DNA from: Bacteroidia bacterium
GTDB taxonomy: Bacteria; Bacteroidota; Bacteroidia; UKL13-3
DNA: 64,000 nt
Direction of reading: 5' to 3'
NCBI GenBank assembly: GCA_046296495.1
Contig: JBKBLB010000001.1
Coordinates: 69,740-133,739, forward strand
A program made the translations under genes and the position numbers. Each line of letters opens with the position of its first letter. Positions within the stretch are counted from its first letter, which is position 1. Shown piece after piece: positions 50,747 to 59,798 of the stretch. Under the pieces are notes generated by a model. The model was not told the origin of the DNA and did not search any database. It worked only from the letters and a program-made list of their open reading frames with translations.

Positions 50747-53700
50747 ATGAAAAACAGCTACATTAAAATTCTAACATTTTTAACAATTGTATTCAGTAAT
50801 GTTCAATTGTTAAAAGCAGTTCAATTATCAGGAACTTATACCATAAACCCTGGAGCTGCAGCTACAACAACAAATTTTCAAAATTTTACAAGTGCCGTTA
50901 CGTATATGACGAGCACAAATTCCCGAACTGACGGTGGTCCGGCAAACACTGGTACAGTTGGTGTAAATGGCCCTGTTACTTTTTTAGTATCTGCCGCTAC
51001 TTATACCGAACAAGTAACTATACCTGCAATTACAGGCTCATCAGTTACTAATACGATAACTTTTATTGGAGCAAACAAAACAACTACTGTACTTCAATTT
51101 AATTCAACCAATACTAGTGTCAGGCATACATTGTTGTTAAATCTTGCCACCAATGTAACCTTTAGAGATATGACCATTAGAAGCACCAGCAGTACTGTAG
51201 GTTGGGTGGTTCATATTATGGGATTAAATTCAAACAACAACCGATTTATTAATTGTAATATTGATTTTACCAATCCAACAGCAATTAGTTCTACGTCAAC
51301 CAATTTTATTGGAGTTGTAATTAATAATAGTGCAACCTCATTTTCAACCGGAACAAGAATTGATGGAACAGTGATTGACAGTTGTTTTATTTTTGCCGGT
51401 GCATACAATATCGTTGCATTTGGTTCATCTGGAAATTTACATGTAGGCTTAAGAATAACAAATAATATTTTAAGGCATGGTAATTCAATGGGTATTTATT
51501 GCAGCTTTATTAATGGAATTACACTGTCAAATAATTACATCAGGCCAAGAACATCAAATCTATACAATTACGGAGTATATCTTATTAATTCTACTTGTAC
51601 CAGTCCAAACAGACATATAATAACCAATAATAGAATATTTGATATTGGATATTATGGTATTTACATGAGTGGTAGTAACAATTTATCTGGTAACAAAGGA
51701 TTTATTTTTAACAATATAATAGGTGGCGGTTTTAAATATGAATACAGCAATTCGATATATATGTCAAGCTCAAGTCAATGGGCTATAAGTCATAATACCT
51801 TTTATCACGATTTTGTTGGTCAATCTAATACCAATGGCGCTGTTTTTATTTCAGGTGGTAGTGGTATAAGTTTCAGAAATAATATTTGCGCAGAAAAATT
51901 AGCTTCTCCGGCATTGCCACTTTATGCATCAGCTTCTTCAGTTTTTGATACCATAAATCATAATTTATTTTTTAGGCCTGATACCAGTAACAACGTTTTG
52001 GTTTTTATAGGAAGCAACTTAAATTCTGGAAATTTCAGAGGTTTTGCAGGACAAAATGCTAATTCGATATATGGTAATCCAGATATTAAAAACGATACCA
52101 TTGCCAATATGTCAAATCCTTGTTTCCAAGGAACGTTTATTCCTTATATAACAACCGATTATTATGGTTCAACAAGGAGTACTTCAACACCAAGTATTGG
52201 CGCTTATGAAGTACCCTCTTTAACAAATAACCTGGCAGTGCTTAGGGTGTTACAACCTACACCGCCTATTTCTTCAGGCCCAACTGATTTAAGAGTTCTT
52301 GTTAGAAACAACGGAAGCAATACGGTAACATCATTCAATTTATCTTACAGATTAAATAGCGGTACTCCTGTTACAGCAAACTGGTTTGGTACGCTGGGTG
52401 CATGCGATACAGTTTCCGTAACTTTTACTGGCTCACAACAACCAAACTTAGGGGCATCAAATAATTTTGTAATTTATTCAAGCAGTCCAAATTTTACAAC
52501 AGATTCTGATCCTTCAAATGATACCATCAGAATAAGTTATTTCTTACCATTATCAGGTACATTCCAAATAGGCGGTTCAAGCCCCGATTTTGCAAAACCC
52601 AGCGATGCGTTTAATGCAATAAAATCTGGAGGCCTTGCCGGTCCTGTTACTTTAATTGTAAACCCCGGAACATATATTGATCAGGTTACTTTTGATGAGC
52701 CGGTTACAGGCTTATCTGCAACTAACTCTATTACTTTACAAGGCACCAATAAAAATACTTGCATTGTTCAAAACAATAGTTTAAGTGGTTCGTCAAGGTA
52801 TATTTTCAGAATAGGTCAAAGTTATGTTACCATAAGAGACTTAACCATTCGCTCAGGCAGCCCTGATTATGGTTGGGGGGTACATATAAATAAAAATAAC
52901 GTAAAGAGTGTTGCAATAAAAAATTGTATTATAGAAAATACCCACCCCAATGCAATAAATAGTACAACAGAAGCTTATATTGGTGTTGTAATGAGTGGTT
53001 CAAACAACAGTTTATATTATTATGATACCTATGTATTAGATAGTATAGAAATAGATTCTAATATGATAAGAAATGTTTATACAGGTATATGGCAATATTC
53101 GTATTTCTACAGTTATTATTATACTTACGGTGCGCCATCAGAGGTATTTAAAATTAGAAATAACGAAATGAATAATTGTTATTATTCAGGTGTTTTTATG
53201 CAGGGATTTAGGGGAATTGAGGTAAATTATAATGTAATTAGAATGAGGCCATCTACAGCTTCAGTATATAATTATGCATTATATTTATACAGTGGAGACG
53301 CAAATTCTGCAACAAAACCCATGAATATAATAGGAAACAGGATTTTAAATTCAAATTATATGGGTATTTATTTAGGCAATGTTAAAGCTCATACTTCAAA
53401 CAGAGGTTTGTTAATGAACAATGTTGCCAATATTAACGGAGATTTGGCAAACCCTAATGTTCTTTATTTAAGCAGTTGCAATAATTTTGATATTTATAAC
53501 AATACTTTTATTTGTTCAACTCCTTCAACATCTACAACTGTTGGCGTTGGTACTTTTTACAGCAATACCAATTTGCGTATGAGGAATAACCATTTTGTTA
53601 ATAATAACCCTAATGGACGCATTTCTCCCGTTTATATGTCAGGAAATTCATTTACTGCACCTGCCATGTTTAATTATAACAATTATTACAGAGCAGATAC

Positions 53701-56590
53701 AACAGGGCAGTTTGTTTTTATAAATACCTGGTATCAGGGAACACAATTTAGAGGTGTTTCTGGAAGCAACAATAACTCAATAATTGTTAACCCTCCATTT
53801 ATTAGCGATACTTTGCCAAATTTAACTGATGGTTGTATTAATGGAGATACAATTTCAGTTTTAACAACCGATATTACAGGTAATCCAAGAGCAACAAGAC
53901 CCGATATTGGCGCTTATGAAGTTGCATTTGTTGGTAACGACATTGGAGCTACACAACTTTTAGCGCCTGCTCCCCCAGTAATGTCGGGTTTGCAGGATGT
54001 AACAATTAGGTTTAGAAATTTTGGTAGCAACCCTATTACTTCTGCCATGATTGGTTACAGATTAAATAACAACGCTGCTGTTTCTGCTGCTTGGATTGGC
54101 AACCTTCAAACCTGCGATACCTCCTCTTTAACATTAACCGGTTCAAATCAGGTTAATATTCCTCAAGGTTCAATAAATACATTGAGGGCATTTACAGCTT
54201 CGCCAAATTTTGGTACAGACAGCAATACTGTTAATGATACATTAATTAGAATTATTGCAACACCAATGCGAGGAGTTTATGTTATTGGTTCAGCACCATC
54301 TGATTTTACAACAATAAATGCTGCAGTAAACGCATTAAGTATTAGAGGAGTTGATAGTGCTGTTGTTTTTAGAATTAAAACCGGAAATTATAATGAACAA
54401 GTAACATTTAATAATATTTTTGGTGCAAGCGCTCAAAATACCATTACTTTTACATCAATGGCAAACCATGTTGATTCTGTAATTATTAGCAGAAACAACA
54501 CTAGTGCATCTGAAAATTTTATTATCATGCTATCAAATGCATCTTTTATCAATTTTACAAGGGTTACACTTCAATCGCTTAATTCTTCATTTGGTTATGT
54601 AGTGCAATTGGTTGGTGCAGCTTCCAATAATAGATTTTATGAGTGTAAACTTACTGCGGTAAATACTACAAGTACTTCAACAAACTTAAGTATAGTTTAT
54701 GCCAGTCCTTTAACCGGTGGTTCAAATAATTTTACTAAAAATATTATTACCGGTGGGTCTATGGCTTTTTACTTGTTTGGAACAAGCGAAACCATTTTAA
54801 CCGATAATAACGTAATAGATAGTAACATCATTACAAACCAATATACTTATGGTGCTTATTTCTATTATACTTCTAATACAAAATTCAGGTTTAACGATGT
54901 AAATACGAATGTTACTTATACAGCATACCGTGGAATTTATGGTTTTTACAACGATAGTGCATTCGAAATAACCAACAACAGAATATTTACTACTACTGCA
55001 ACGGGATATGGTATTCAGGTTTATTATTCTGATGGTTTTGGTAATAAAACAGGAAAAATTGTAAATAATGTTATAAGAATTGGTACGGGTGCATCAAATA
55101 CCAACTACGGTATAGCCGATTATTATTCAAGTAATATGCTTATTGCACACAATACGGTATTTGTAAGTTCTACCAGTACGGCATCGTTTGGCGGTTATTT
55201 TTATTATACAAGTACCATATCTAATACCACTGTTATCAGAAATAATATATTCGTTAATTTAAGTACAGGAAGAAGTATATATTATTACAATACCAGTATT
55301 TCATCAAGCGATTATAACTTATATTTTACAAGTGGAACGGTTTTAGGGCAAAGAGGTACGCCTGCTGCAACATACAATACCTTAGCCGATATAAAAGCTG
55401 CTTTGCCGGCAACTTACGACAGAAATTCCATTCAATACAGAACAGGCACCGTGAGTACAACCAACTTAATGCCTAATTTAGCCGATACTGCAACTTGGGC
55501 AATTAACGGTAGAGCAATACACATTCAAGGTGCTGAATTTGATTATAGCGGTAATCCAAGACCAACTACACCATTTGCCGGAACTCCTGATATTGGTGCT
55601 TATGAAATTACACCAACTTCGTTGCCGCCTTTATGTACACCTGTACCTTTGGTTCCTGCTGCAGGTATTACACAATCGTTTTTATTTGGTGGCGATACCG
55701 TTGTTAAAGTAGTTTACGATCAGTTTTTTACTCCGCCAACATCGCTTGCCGTAAGGCAGTATAGTGGTGTAAGGCCTCCTGCTGTTGATACAACTGCAGG
55801 CTATCTTAATATGTATCTTAATATGATTGCACCTCCCGGTTTTTATAACTATACCATAAATTTAGCTTACAAACCAATTTGGCTGGGTACCGTTTCCGGA
55901 CAAGCAAATTTGCGTTTGGCCATGAGACAAGGTAGCTTCTGGACTCCTTATATAGGTTCTGGCAGTACAGTTGATACTTTACAAAGGTATATTAATGCTC
56001 CTTTTTTAAATTCTTTCGAAATAGTTACAGGAACTGATAACTTAAATCCTTTACCTGTAACACTTATTAATTTTTCAGGTTTAAAATCAGGAGAAAAGGG
56101 TGCCATTTTAAACTGGGCAACTTCGTCAGAAATTAATAGCAGTGTTTTTGAAGTTGAACGCTCATTTGACAATCGTAACTTCACTTCTGTTGGAAGTGTT
56201 AAAGCAGCCGGCAACAGTCGTACAATTAAAAATTATGTGTTTGAAGACCGAAATGCTTTTGAAAGAAACAATATAGTTTATTATCGTTTACGCATGGTTG
56301 ACCGCGATGCAAGTTTTACTTACAGTAAAGTAATAAGCATAAACAGCGACTTGGATAGGCTTGATATAACATTGGCACCAAATCCTTTTAAAGATAACTT
56401 TGTACTTAACAATGTAAGAGAAAACGATGCAATTGAAATTATGGATATGAATGGTAAAGTATTACATACTGAAAATGCAAAATTAACAGGAACTGTAGAA
56501 ATAAAATTACCATCTAATTTAAAATCAGGTATGTATTTAATTAAAATTAGCGGAACGCAAACATCCATAATAAAAGCTATTAAAGAATAA
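50747..56590 (+). CDS. Giant T9SS protein (1947 aa) with three beta-helix modules, CARDB-like domains and CTD
   Basis: Three modules (LSG.Y.I...F..A...G..GPV.F....GTY.EQV), each ending P(S/D)IGAYE; LPV.L..F...W.T.SE.N domain; CTD APNPF...SGMYLIKI. Confidence 0.85.
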   Translation: MKNSYIKILTFLTIVFSNVQLLKAVQLSGTYTINPGAAATTTNFQNFTSAVTYMTSTNSRTDGGPANTGTVGVNGPVTFLVSAATYTEQVTIPAITGSSVTNTITFIGANKTTTVLQFNSTNTSVRHTLLLNLATNVTFRDMTIRSTSSTVGWVVHIMGLNSNNNRFINCNIDFTNPTAISSTSTNFIGVVINNSATSFSTGTRIDGTVIDSCFIFAGAYNIVAFGSSGNLHVGLRITNNILRHGNSMGIYCSFINGITLSNNYIRPRTSNLYNYGVYLINSTCTSPNRHIITNNRIFDIGYYGIYMSGSNNLSGNKGFIFNNIIGGGFKYEYSNSIYMSSSSQWAISHNTFYHDFVGQSNTNGAVFISGGSGISFRNNICAEKLASPALPLYASASSVFDTINHNLFFRPDTSNNVLVFIGSNLNSGNFRGFAGQNANSIYGNPDIKNDTIANMSNPCFQGTFIPYITTDYYGSTRSTSTPSIGAYEVPSLTNNLAVLRVLQPTPPISSGPTDLRVLVRNNGSNTVTSFNLSYRLNSGTPVTANWFGTLGACDTVSVTFTGSQQPNLGASNNFVIYSSSPNFTTDSDPSNDTIRISYFLPLSGTFQIGGSSPDFAKPSDAFNAIKSGGLAGPVTLIVNPGTYIDQVTFDEPVTGLSATNSITLQGTNKNTCIVQNNSLSGSSRYIFRIGQSYVTIRDLTIRSGSPDYGWGVHINKNNVKSVAIKNCIIENTHPNAINSTTEAYIGVVMSGSNNSLYYYDTYVLDSIEIDSNMIRNVYTGIWQYSYFYSYYYTYGAPSEVFKIRNNEMNNCYYSGVFMQGFRGIEVNYNVIRMRPSTASVYNYALYLYSGDANSATKPMNIIGNRILNSNYMGIYLGNVKAHTSNRGLLMNNVANINGDLANPNVLYLSSCNNFDIYNNTFICSTPSTSTTVGVGTFYSNTNLRMRNNHFVNNNPNGRISPVYMSGNSFTAPAMFNYNNYYRADTTGQFVFINTWYQGTQFRGVSGSNNNSIIVNPPFISDTLPNLTDGCINGDTISVLTTDITGNPRATRPDIGAYEVAFVGNDIGATQLLAPAPPVMSGLQDVTIRFRNFGSNPITSAMIGYRLNNNAAVSAAWIGNLQTCDTSSLTLTGSNQVNIPQGSINTLRAFTASPNFGTDSNTVNDTLIRIIATPMRGVYVIGSAPSDFTTINAAVNALSIRGVDSAVVFRIKTGNYNEQVTFNNIFGASAQNTITFTSMANHVDSVIISRNNTSASENFIIMLSNASFINFTRVTLQSLNSSFGYVVQLVGAASNNRFYECKLTAVNTTSTSTNLSIVYASPLTGGSNNFTKNIITGGSMAFYLFGTSETILTDNNVIDSNIITNQYTYGAYFYYTSNTKFRFNDVNTNVTYTAYRGIYGFYNDSAFEITNNRIFTTTATGYGIQVYYSDGFGNKTGKIVNNVIRIGTGASNTNYGIADYYSSNMLIAHNTVFVSSTSTASFGGYFYYTSTISNTTVIRNNIFVNLSTGRSIYYYNTSISSSDYNLYFTSGTVLGQRGTPAATYNTLADIKAALPATYDRNSIQYRTGTVSTTNLMPNLADTATWAINGRAIHIQGAEFDYSGNPRPTTPFAGTPDIGAYEITPTSLPPLCTPVPLVPAAGITQSFLFGGDTVVKVVYDQFFTPPTSLAVRQYSGVRPPAVDTTAGYLNMYLNMIAPPGFYNYTINLAYKPIWLGTVSGQANLRLAMRQGSFWTPYIGSGSTVDTLQRYINAPFLNSFEIVTGTDNLNPLPVTLINFSGLKSGEKGAILNWATSSEINSSVFEVERSFDNRNFTSVGSVKAAGNSRTIKNYVFEDRNAFERNNIVYYRLRMVDRDASFTYSKVISINSDLDRLDITLAPNPFKDNFVLNNVRENDAIEIMDMNGKVLHTENAKLTGTVEIKLPSNLKSGMYLIKISGTQTSIIKAIKE

Positions 56591-56617
56591 TAGATTTTAA
56601 ACTTTATAAGTATAAAT

Positions 56618-56655
56618 AAGGCTGCCTGAAAATTTCAGGCAGCCTTGTTTTTTTT
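56618..56655 (+). terminator. Intrinsic terminator
   Basis: AAGGCTGCCTGAA-aat-TTCAGGCAGCCTT followed by a T-run. Confidence 0.9.
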
Positions 56656-56812
56656 ATGAAGGCTTATTAAAAACCAAACATTACAAGATGCTCAATTTAG
56701 AAAGATAAAAGCAATAAATGTTATACACGAAGGTTGTAAGTTTTAAAATTGATTTGAAAATTTTGGGAAATAAGAAAGATAAAAAAGTTTTTGAGAATGT
56801 AATTTAGAATAA

Positions 56813-56900
56813 TGGTACCCGAGGCGGGACTTGAACCCGCACGACTGTTGAGGTCACAGGATTTTAAGTCCTGCGTGTCTACCAATTCCACCACCCGGGC
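56813..56900 (-). tRNA. tRNA-Leu (anticodon TAA), CCA encoded
   Basis: Minus strand reads GCCCGGGTGGTGGAATTGGTAGACACGCAGGACTTAAAATCCTG...GGTTCAAGTCCCGCCTCGGGTACCA, with a long variable arm. Confidence 0.97.
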
Positions 56901-56932
56901 TTTTTTGGTTCAATTTAAATATTGAAAGAACC

Positions 56933-56966
56933 TAAAAAAAAATAGTCACTTGATTGATGACTATTT
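56933..56966 (-). terminator. Hairpin plus U-tract between tRNA-Gly and tRNA-Leu
   Basis: Minus strand AAATAGTCA-n9-TGACTATTT followed by poly-T. Confidence 0.6.
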
Positions 56967-56970
56967 ATTG

Positions 56971-57043
56971 AGCGAAAGACGAGGTTCGAACTCGCGACCT
57001 CAACCTTGGCAAGGTTGCGCTCTACCAACTGAGCTACTTTCGC
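56971..57043 (-). tRNA. tRNA-Gly (anticodon GCC), CCA not encoded
   Basis: Minus strand GCGAAAGTAGCTCAGTTGGTAGAGCGCAACCTTGCCAAGGTTGAGGTCGCGAGTTCGAACCTCGTCTTTCGCT, followed by CAA. Confidence 0.97.
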
Positions 57044-57134
57044 TTTAAAATGGGACTGCAATAATAGGTACTTTTATTATTTCATGCAATAGTTTTTTAA
57101 CAATTTATTGATGTTGTTTTTTTGTAGCTCATTT

Positions 57135-59744
57135 TCAGGAATTCAACATTTGTTTTATTTCATTTAATTTAAGCAAAGCTTCTATGGGCGAAAGTGTATT
57201 TAAGTCTAACTGTGTAATAAGTTCTTTTACATTTTGCATGGCGGGGTCGTTTAGCTGAAACATGCTTAGTTGAATGGGTGTAGCTTTAATTTTTGAAGTT
57301 TGAATATGCATTTTTCCGCTACTGCGTTGACTTTCCAGCTCTTTTAAAATTTCGGTTGACCGGTTTAAAACTGTTTTAGGTATTCCGGCCATTCTTGCTA
57401 CATGTATTCCAAAACTGTGCTCGCTACCGCCTTCTTTTAGTTTTCTTATAAAAATTACCTTATTGTCGTATTCTTTTACATCTACATGAAAGTTTTTTAT
57501 ACCTGATTCAGGTTGTTCAAGTTCATTAAGTTCGTGGTAGTGTGTGGCAAATAATGTTTTGGGTTTGTATGGATGTTTACTTAAAAATTCGGTTATAGCC
57601 CAAGCCAAACTAATACCATCGTATGTAGAAGTGCCACGGCCAATTTCATCAAGTAAAATTAAGCTTCGAGCCGAGAGGTTGTTTAAGATGCTTGCTGTTT
57701 CGGTCATTTCAACCATAAATGTACTTTCGCCAGCACTTAAGTTATCGCTGGCTCCAACTCTTGTAAAAATTTTATCAATCAGGCCAATTTTGGCTACAGT
57801 TGCAGGTACAAAGCAACCCATTTGAGCCATTAGCACACATAACGCTGTTTGCCTAAGTATAGCGCTTTTACCTGACATATTTGGGCCGGTAAGGATAATG
57901 ATTTGCTGGTTGCTTCGGTTCAAAAAAATATCATTGGCAATGTAGGGTTCGCCAATAGGTAATTGTTTTTCAATTACCGGATGTCGTGCATCTTTTAGCA
58001 ATAAATCATATTCTTCATTTATTTGTGGCTTGCAGTAATTATTTCGTTTGGCTAAACCTGCAAAGCAAAAAAGGCAATCAATGCGCCCCAAAACCTGAGC
58101 ATTGCTTTGTATGGGCATTACATAATCGAGCAATGCTGTTACCAACTGGTTGTAAAGGTTTTCTTCTATGGTAAGAATTTTTTCTTCGGCACCAAGAATT
58201 TTTTCTTCGTAGTGTTTAAGTTCATCGGTAATATAGCGCTCTGCGTTTGCAAGGGTTTGTTTACGAATCCAGTTAGCCGGTACTTTGTCTTTGTGTGTGT
58301 TTGTAACTTCAATATAATAGCCAAACACATTGTTGTATGATACTTTAAGGCTGCCTATTCCTGTGTTTTGTTGTTCGCGTTGTTGTATTTGCAATAGGTA
58401 ATCCTTTCCGCCAAATGCAATTTCGCGTAATTCATCTAAATCTTTGTTTACGCCATTTTTAATAATATTGCCTTTGTTAGGGGCAATTGGAGGTTCGGTA
58501 GCAAGTTCGTTATCAATTTTATTTACAACCCACTGGCATGTGTTTAGTTGATCGGCAAGTTTGGCAAGCAAGGGATGATTTTGGCTCAGCAATAATTGTT
58601 TTATGGGTTCAACCATTTTAAGGCCTTTGTTTAGTTGCTGCAATTCGCGTGGATTTATACGCTTCATGGCCAGCTTTGATACAAGCCTTTCCAAATCGCC
58701 AATTTGTTTAAGAAAATCAATTACCGAAGTGTAAAGTTGTTCGTTTTGTTTGGCTATGCTTACAATTTCAAGCCTTTCGTTTATAAGGTTTATGTCTTTT
58801 AATGGCAACACAAGCCAGCGTTTTAGTAAGCGTGCACCCATAGGGGTAACGGTCTCGTCAAGTATGTTTAAAAGCGCTTTGCCGTTTTCGTTTGTGGGTT
58901 GTAATAATTCAAGGTTTCTTATGGTAAATCTATCAAGCCAAACATATTTTTCTTCGTCAATACGCGAAATTTGTTGAATGTGCCTAATTTGGTTGTGGTG
59001 TGTTTCGCCAAGGTAATGCAGGCATACACCGGCAGCAATTATGGCTAGCGGATAATCTTCAAGCCCAAAGCCTTTTAGGTTTTTGGTATTAAAATGGTTG
59101 AGTAGTTTTTCGTAACAAAATTTGGGCTGAAATATCCATTCATCAAGGGCGTAATTGTATAGTTTATCAGAAAAAATTGAAGTAAAATTTTTTTGAAACT
59201 TTTTACTTACCAAAACTTCTCCGGGTTTAAGGCTTTGCAACAGTTTATCGGTATAATCCTGATTGCCTTGTGTAGCCATAAATTCTCCGGTGCTTATATC
59301 TAAAAATGCAATGCCGTAAACATCGTTTTCGGCATAAACGGCACACAGGTAGTTGTTGGTTTTGTTATCGAGTATTTTATCGTTGTAGTTTACTCCGGGG
59401 GTTATAAGCTCGGTAACGCCACGTTTTACTATTTTTTTAGCAAGCTTTGGGTCTTCCAGTTGATCGCAAATGGCTACTCTTTGACCTGCTCTTACTAATT
59501 TGGGTAAATAGGTATCGAGGGCGTGGTGCGGAAATCCTGCAAGTTCTACATGGCTTGCGCTTCCGTTGGCACGTTTTGTTAATACAATTCCAAGAATTTG
59601 AGAAGTTGTAATGGCATCTTGTCCAAAAGTTTCGTAAAAATCGCCTACTCTAAAAAGCAAAATTGCACCCGGATACTTTGCTTTAATATCAAAGTATTGT
59701 TTCATTAAAGGGGTTTCATTGTTTGCATCTGCTTTTTTTGCCAT
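57135..59744 (-). CDS. mutS: DNA mismatch repair protein MutS
   Basis: TPLMKQY, FRVGDFYETF, TGPNMSGKS, GESTFMVEM, LDEIGRGTSTYDG and FATHYHEL. Confidence 0.98.
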   Translation of the reverse strand: MAKKADANNETPLMKQYFDIKAKYPGAILLFRVGDFYETFGQDAITTSQILGIVLTKRANGSASHVELAGFPHHALDTYLPKLVRAGQRVAICDQLEDPKLAKKIVKRGVTELITPGVNYNDKILDNKTNNYLCAVYAENDVYGIAFLDISTGEFMATQGNQDYTDKLLQSLKPGEVLVSKKFQKNFTSIFSDKLYNYALDEWIFQPKFCYEKLLNHFNTKNLKGFGLEDYPLAIIAAGVCLHYLGETHHNQIRHIQQISRIDEEKYVWLDRFTIRNLELLQPTNENGKALLNILDETVTPMGARLLKRWLVLPLKDINLINERLEIVSIAKQNEQLYTSVIDFLKQIGDLERLVSKLAMKRINPRELQQLNKGLKMVEPIKQLLLSQNHPLLAKLADQLNTCQWVVNKIDNELATEPPIAPNKGNIIKNGVNKDLDELREIAFGGKDYLLQIQQREQQNTGIGSLKVSYNNVFGYYIEVTNTHKDKVPANWIRKQTLANAERYITDELKHYEEKILGAEEKILTIEENLYNQLVTALLDYVMPIQSNAQVLGRIDCLFCFAGLAKRNNYCKPQINEEYDLLLKDARHPVIEKQLPIGEPYIANDIFLNRSNQQIIILTGPNMSGKSAILRQTALCVLMAQMGCFVPATVAKIGLIDKIFTRVGASDNLSAGESTFMVEMTETASILNNLSARSLILLDEIGRGTSTYDGISLAWAITEFLSKHPYKPKTLFATHYHELNELEQPESGIKNFHVDVKEYDNKVIFIRKLKEGGSEHSFGIHVARMAGIPKTVLNRSTEILKELESQRSSGKMHIQTSKIKATPIQLSMFQLNDPAMQNVKELITQLDLNTLSPIEALLKLNEIKQMLNS

Positions 59745-59798
59745 TTATGCAAAGTAAAGCATTGCAAAGGTTAAGGCCACCTGCTGTGAATAAAAGGT

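Noticed and set aside
21034-56590. Diversity-generating retroelement targeting the surface proteins
   Set aside because: No reverse transcriptase, and no TR/VR pair differing at adenines was seen.
46837-56900. Genomic island integrated at tRNA-Leu
   Set aside because: No integrase is present, and I found no duplicated tRNA 3' end in the window.
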